This document shows, piece after piece, positions 60,801 through 64,000 of a stretch of DNA of 64,000 nucleotides. Source of the stretch: Picochlorum sp. SENEW3 (taxonomy: Eukaryota); NCBI GenBank assembly GCA_034226945.1, contig CP120457.1, positions 310,001 to 374,000 on the forward strand, read 5' to 3'. The stretch's first letter is position 1. Each line of letters begins with the position of its first letter. Under the pieces are notes generated by a model. That model made no database searches. It was not told the origin of the DNA and worked only from the letters and a program-made list of their open reading frames with translations. The position numbers were made by a program, and so were the translations under genes.

Positions 60801-63800
60801 CTGTTGGGAATTTACGATGTATTCACTGATTGCTTCAATTGTTGGATAATCAAACACCAGTGTTGATGCAAGAGATAATCCCACCCTAGCTTCGGAGCGA
60901 ATTTCGAACTCAACGGATGTCAGAGAGTCCAATCCTGCAGACATCAACGGCTCGTTGGGCTCTACTTCTCTGCCCAAAATAGATTTCACAACACTAGATA
61001 CTATTACCACCATCTGTTCTTGTGATACAGAAGCTTTAGGCCGTGAAGAAGCAACCTTGGACTTCCTCTTCTTCCGCAGCAATGAGGAAACGAGTACTTG
61101 TGAGGATACTTGTGCAGCATCATGTACTTCCTTCCTTGAAACATATTTATCAAACAGTCTCGGTACGTTGGGATGCAATCTCGACACTAATTTATCCCAC
61201 AAGAATGGCACCGCAGCAATATTGCTTGGGAAACTGTTGCCTTGGAGAAGCATTTCAATCAAGGACAGCCCTTCCTCTGGTCTGATCATCCTCATCCCAA
61301 GCCTTTCGACCCTGGTTGCTGTCGAAGTATCTTGGGCAGCCATCCCGGCTCCAAGCCAGGCCCCCCATTGTGTGCTCACACTATAGATGCCTGCTGTCTG
61401 TCCAGAAGATGCTATTGCGTCAAGTAGACTATTCGCAGCACTGTAGTTTGCTTGGCCAGCGGAGCCAATCAGTGATGCAACAGAAGAGAATAATACTTCT
61501 GCAAGGATCCCATTGCCAAACGTTGCGTTTCTTAGCTTATCCCATGAAGCTATCTTTGAAGAAAATACCTTCACTATCTTTTTATGGCTTTGTGTTTGAA
61601 TCAAGCCATCTTGCAAAGCTCCTCCTGCATGAATGACATGCACAAAAGGTCTTAACAAGTCTTTCTCTTCTGTGATTTTAGAATCTTCTGAAACAGAGAA
61701 ATCTGCCATATGCAGGACAACCAATTTTGAACTGTTAAGAATGGAAAGAGATACAGAGCTTTTCACCTTTCCACTTCTACCTGCTAGTCTCACATCATCA
61801 ATCATGCTCGTATTTGTGAGTAAATTTGCTACGAGGGAACCGAGAGAACCTGTACCCCCAGTGATGATGCAAGACGCAGGAATGTTCAACGCAATATTTT
61901 TTCTTTGCTGGAGTTCAGATAAAGAGGCAAACTTCTGAAGATTCGCAGACTCTTTGAACCCATACGTGGTGGATGAATCGTTCTGATGCTTGGATTTCCT
62001 GATGAAATACGTGGTGTTTTTTGTTGGACAATCACGAACAAAGTCAATGGCAGACGGAGCCTCAAGATTTATTGAACGCATTAGGCCCCACAGCAGTGGA
62101 ACTGAGATCATTCTGTTTTGGCATATCTCAAATCCAGAACTGAGTGCGTTGCCTGTAGTCAAAGCTAAACTACATGATCCTATTTGCTGCAACACAGATA
62201 TTGATGTTGAGCACAAATTTGCTGGGAGTCCGTCTTTCAATGTAACTTTCACATCATTGACTTGGTCAGTATGGGCTCCTGGCGATGGTTGGTCAACCAG
62301 CCAATCTATTTGATACTTGAATGATACACTCTGAATGGCTGCCTTTGGAGAGCTTTTTGAAGGCGCAACAAGAGGCTTTGCCAACAGATCCTGAATTGAC
62401 TGACAATTACCCTCTCCTGGGAAGATGTAATAGTCCAGATATGAATGCAGGCGTGACCTGGACTTCTCTAAGCAAGTTCCTGTTACCTGATTTGGGACAC
62501 TTGATCTGCCGGTGAAGCAGCCAACTCCTGTAGGGACCTGCATTCCCATGCCCCGATCACTGCTTGGTATAGCACCCAATTGCAGACAGCAGTCTATCTG
62601 CGCTGGAGACATGTTCACATCAGATGCTTCGTGGAACTTTCCATTTGAGATGTTTCCAATGCAGCTATGGAGTTCGCTATTGGTATCATTACGCATCAAT
62701 ATGCGTGTTGAGGAGTCTTCCCGTTGGTGCATCTCATCAAGACATGGAGAAGTTACCAGGGGTCCAAGGACACCTTGTAAGCAAAGAGTGCCATTCTGAC
62801 CCAGAGAAATCGCTCCATCAGTCCGTTTTAGATAAATGGACAACAAATCCGATCCAGGCTGCTGGGCATCCAGCTGGAATGGCGAAGGTATGATGGCACT
62901 TTGGAGGAGAATGGCTGATGCTCTATCTCTACTTCCCATGTTTCCAACAGCAGCAGCAAGCTCCATGAATGCTGCACCTGGAACCAGAATTCTATTGATC
63001 ACCTTATGGTCCATGAGGTACGCTCCTCTTTTCCCCCGAAGCAAATGCGCTTCGAATCGCAAGGAATCGCTTTCAGAGGAGGCAGAAGAAAGTGACGAAT
63101 GCACAGGTCCTGCTATCCAGCAAATGGAGTGATGCCAAGGAACGTCCGGGTTGACAGGAGAGTCAATCGCACTCCCCTGCTTCACTAGACTGTGAGCGTT
63201 TGTTCCTTGGAATGCAAAAGCACTAATTCCAGCGACACTTGATGTACCTTCCTCAACACTTGGTGACTTCTGTCTTGCTGCTGACCAACACGATCCCGCA
63301 TTTGAAAGGTATTTGTTTAGGTTTCTCAGATGCAATACTTCGATCAGAAGTGATTCTGATACCATGTGAGAGGCATGTTGGAGTCCAACTACACCAGCTC
63401 CTGCTTCTGAATGACCAGCCCATGACTTCGATGCAGTCAGGTTGACTGGCATGGATCTTGCCTGCCCAATTACCCCAGATATAGCCCCAACTTCGATGGG
63501 GTCTCCCAAAGGAGTGCCAGTTCCATGCATTTGCATTATTCCAATATCATCAGGTGACAGAGCATCTTGCTTCAACGCAGCTCGGATAACACTCTGCTGA
63601 GCTGGGCCATTTGGAGCAGTCAAAGATGACGATCTACCATCTTGATTCACCGCAGTACCACAAATCGCCATCGAATATTGTTGTACATCCATTGAGGTAA
63701 TAAACATCATGCCGCAAGAATCTGCTCTGACATAACCATTGGCAGCAGAAGATAAGGTCTTGCATCTGCCATCAGGTGCGAGCATACCTGCCTTCTGGAA

Positions 63801-64000
63801 CATGGCAGTGGTACTTGGTGTGAGTAACATGTTCACACCACCACTCAATGCGTTTGTACACTGCCCAAGATTGATACTGTTCGCAGATGTATGCAGAGCG
63901 ACAAGTGAAGAAGAGCAAGCAGTTTCTACTGGCACTGCAGGACCTTGGAATCCAAATGTGAAGGACACTCTCCCAGCTGCAACACTTATTGATAGTGTTC
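24803..64000 (-). CDS. Giant AT-less modular type I polyketide synthase, 5'-truncated by the window, at least about 13,040 aa. Visible order: KS-DH-KR-ACP-ACP-ACP0 / KS-DH-ER-KR-ACP-ACP / KS-DH-ER-KR-ACP / KS-DH0-KR-ACP / KS-DH-ER-KR-ACP / KS-DH-ER-KR-ACP-ACP / KS-DH-ER-KR-ACP / KS-DH*-ACP / KS*-DH0-ACP / TE-TE0-TE*
   Basis: Nine xTACSxS KS motifs (~63915, 59720, 54640, 50085, 46610, 41995, 37010, 32325, 29820), seven TGGxGxxG/YSxAN KRs, five ERs with (G/A)AAGGVGLA, and twelve G(L/M/I)DS ACPs. No AT GHSxG/HAFH/YASH motif seen. The frame stays open to base 63998. Confidence 0.95.
55221..55754 (-). repeat. Tandem near-identical ACP-coding repeat, about 195 bp (55221-55415 and 55560-55754)
   Basis: Offset 339. 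Both copies encode [59 protein letters not shown]. Confidence 0.93.
56366..56435 (-). other. 70-nt phase-0 spliceosomal intron joining the 2525-aa and 10508-aa PKS ORFs inside a KR domain
   Basis: Minus strand reads ...CCA GTA ATG|GTATGT...TCGCAG|GGA TTA ATT CAT TCT GGA GGC GTT CTG TCT GAC. Splicing restores the KR motif SKPVM-GLIHSGGVLSDAMATNQ. Confidence 0.93.

Noticed and set aside
1..64000. CRISPR arrays, rRNA, tRNA or prokaryotic defence systems
   Set aside because: None seen. The DNA is eukaryotic with spliceosomal introns, and the long repeats are explained by domain or gene duplication.

Overview
Very compact eukaryotic nuclear DNA from a green alga. Tiny intergenic gaps, short GT(A/T)-...-GCAG introns, and nuclear psbR/Toc159/FatA/ClpF suggest a Picochlorum-like trebouxiophyte (inference). 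Positions 1-24.6 kb hold about 16 tightly packed genes: mitochondrial uL14, a micro-ORF, a CFAP97-like protein, two hypotheticals, a Na+/K+-type (P2C) ATPase, RPC8, EMC3, acyl-ACP thioesterase, a Toc159-family GTPase, two tandem PAN-ProRich-lectin paralogues, a CBA1-like B12-binding surface protein, MRS2, ClpF, a rhomboid-like protein and psbR. Positions 24.8-64 kb are the 3' part of one giant minus-strand AT-less (trans-AT) modular type I PKS. A 70-nt intron joins the two long ORFs into at least 13,040 aa, still open at the window end, with 9 visible KS modules and three tandem thioesterase-fold domains. Best leads: (1) the two KR-less terminal modules plus triple TE predict a long hydroxy-alkyl triketide/alpha-pyrone, possibly a wall-polymer precursor; (2) a P2C pump with Lys/Arg substitutions in its cation sites and a Cys-rich M7-M8 insert; (3) an ATG-depleted uL14 followed by a micro-ORF, resembling a bicistronic locus; (4) lectin paralogues with homogenised N-termini but divergent binding loops. 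All calls come from reading motifs by eye; no database searches were run.
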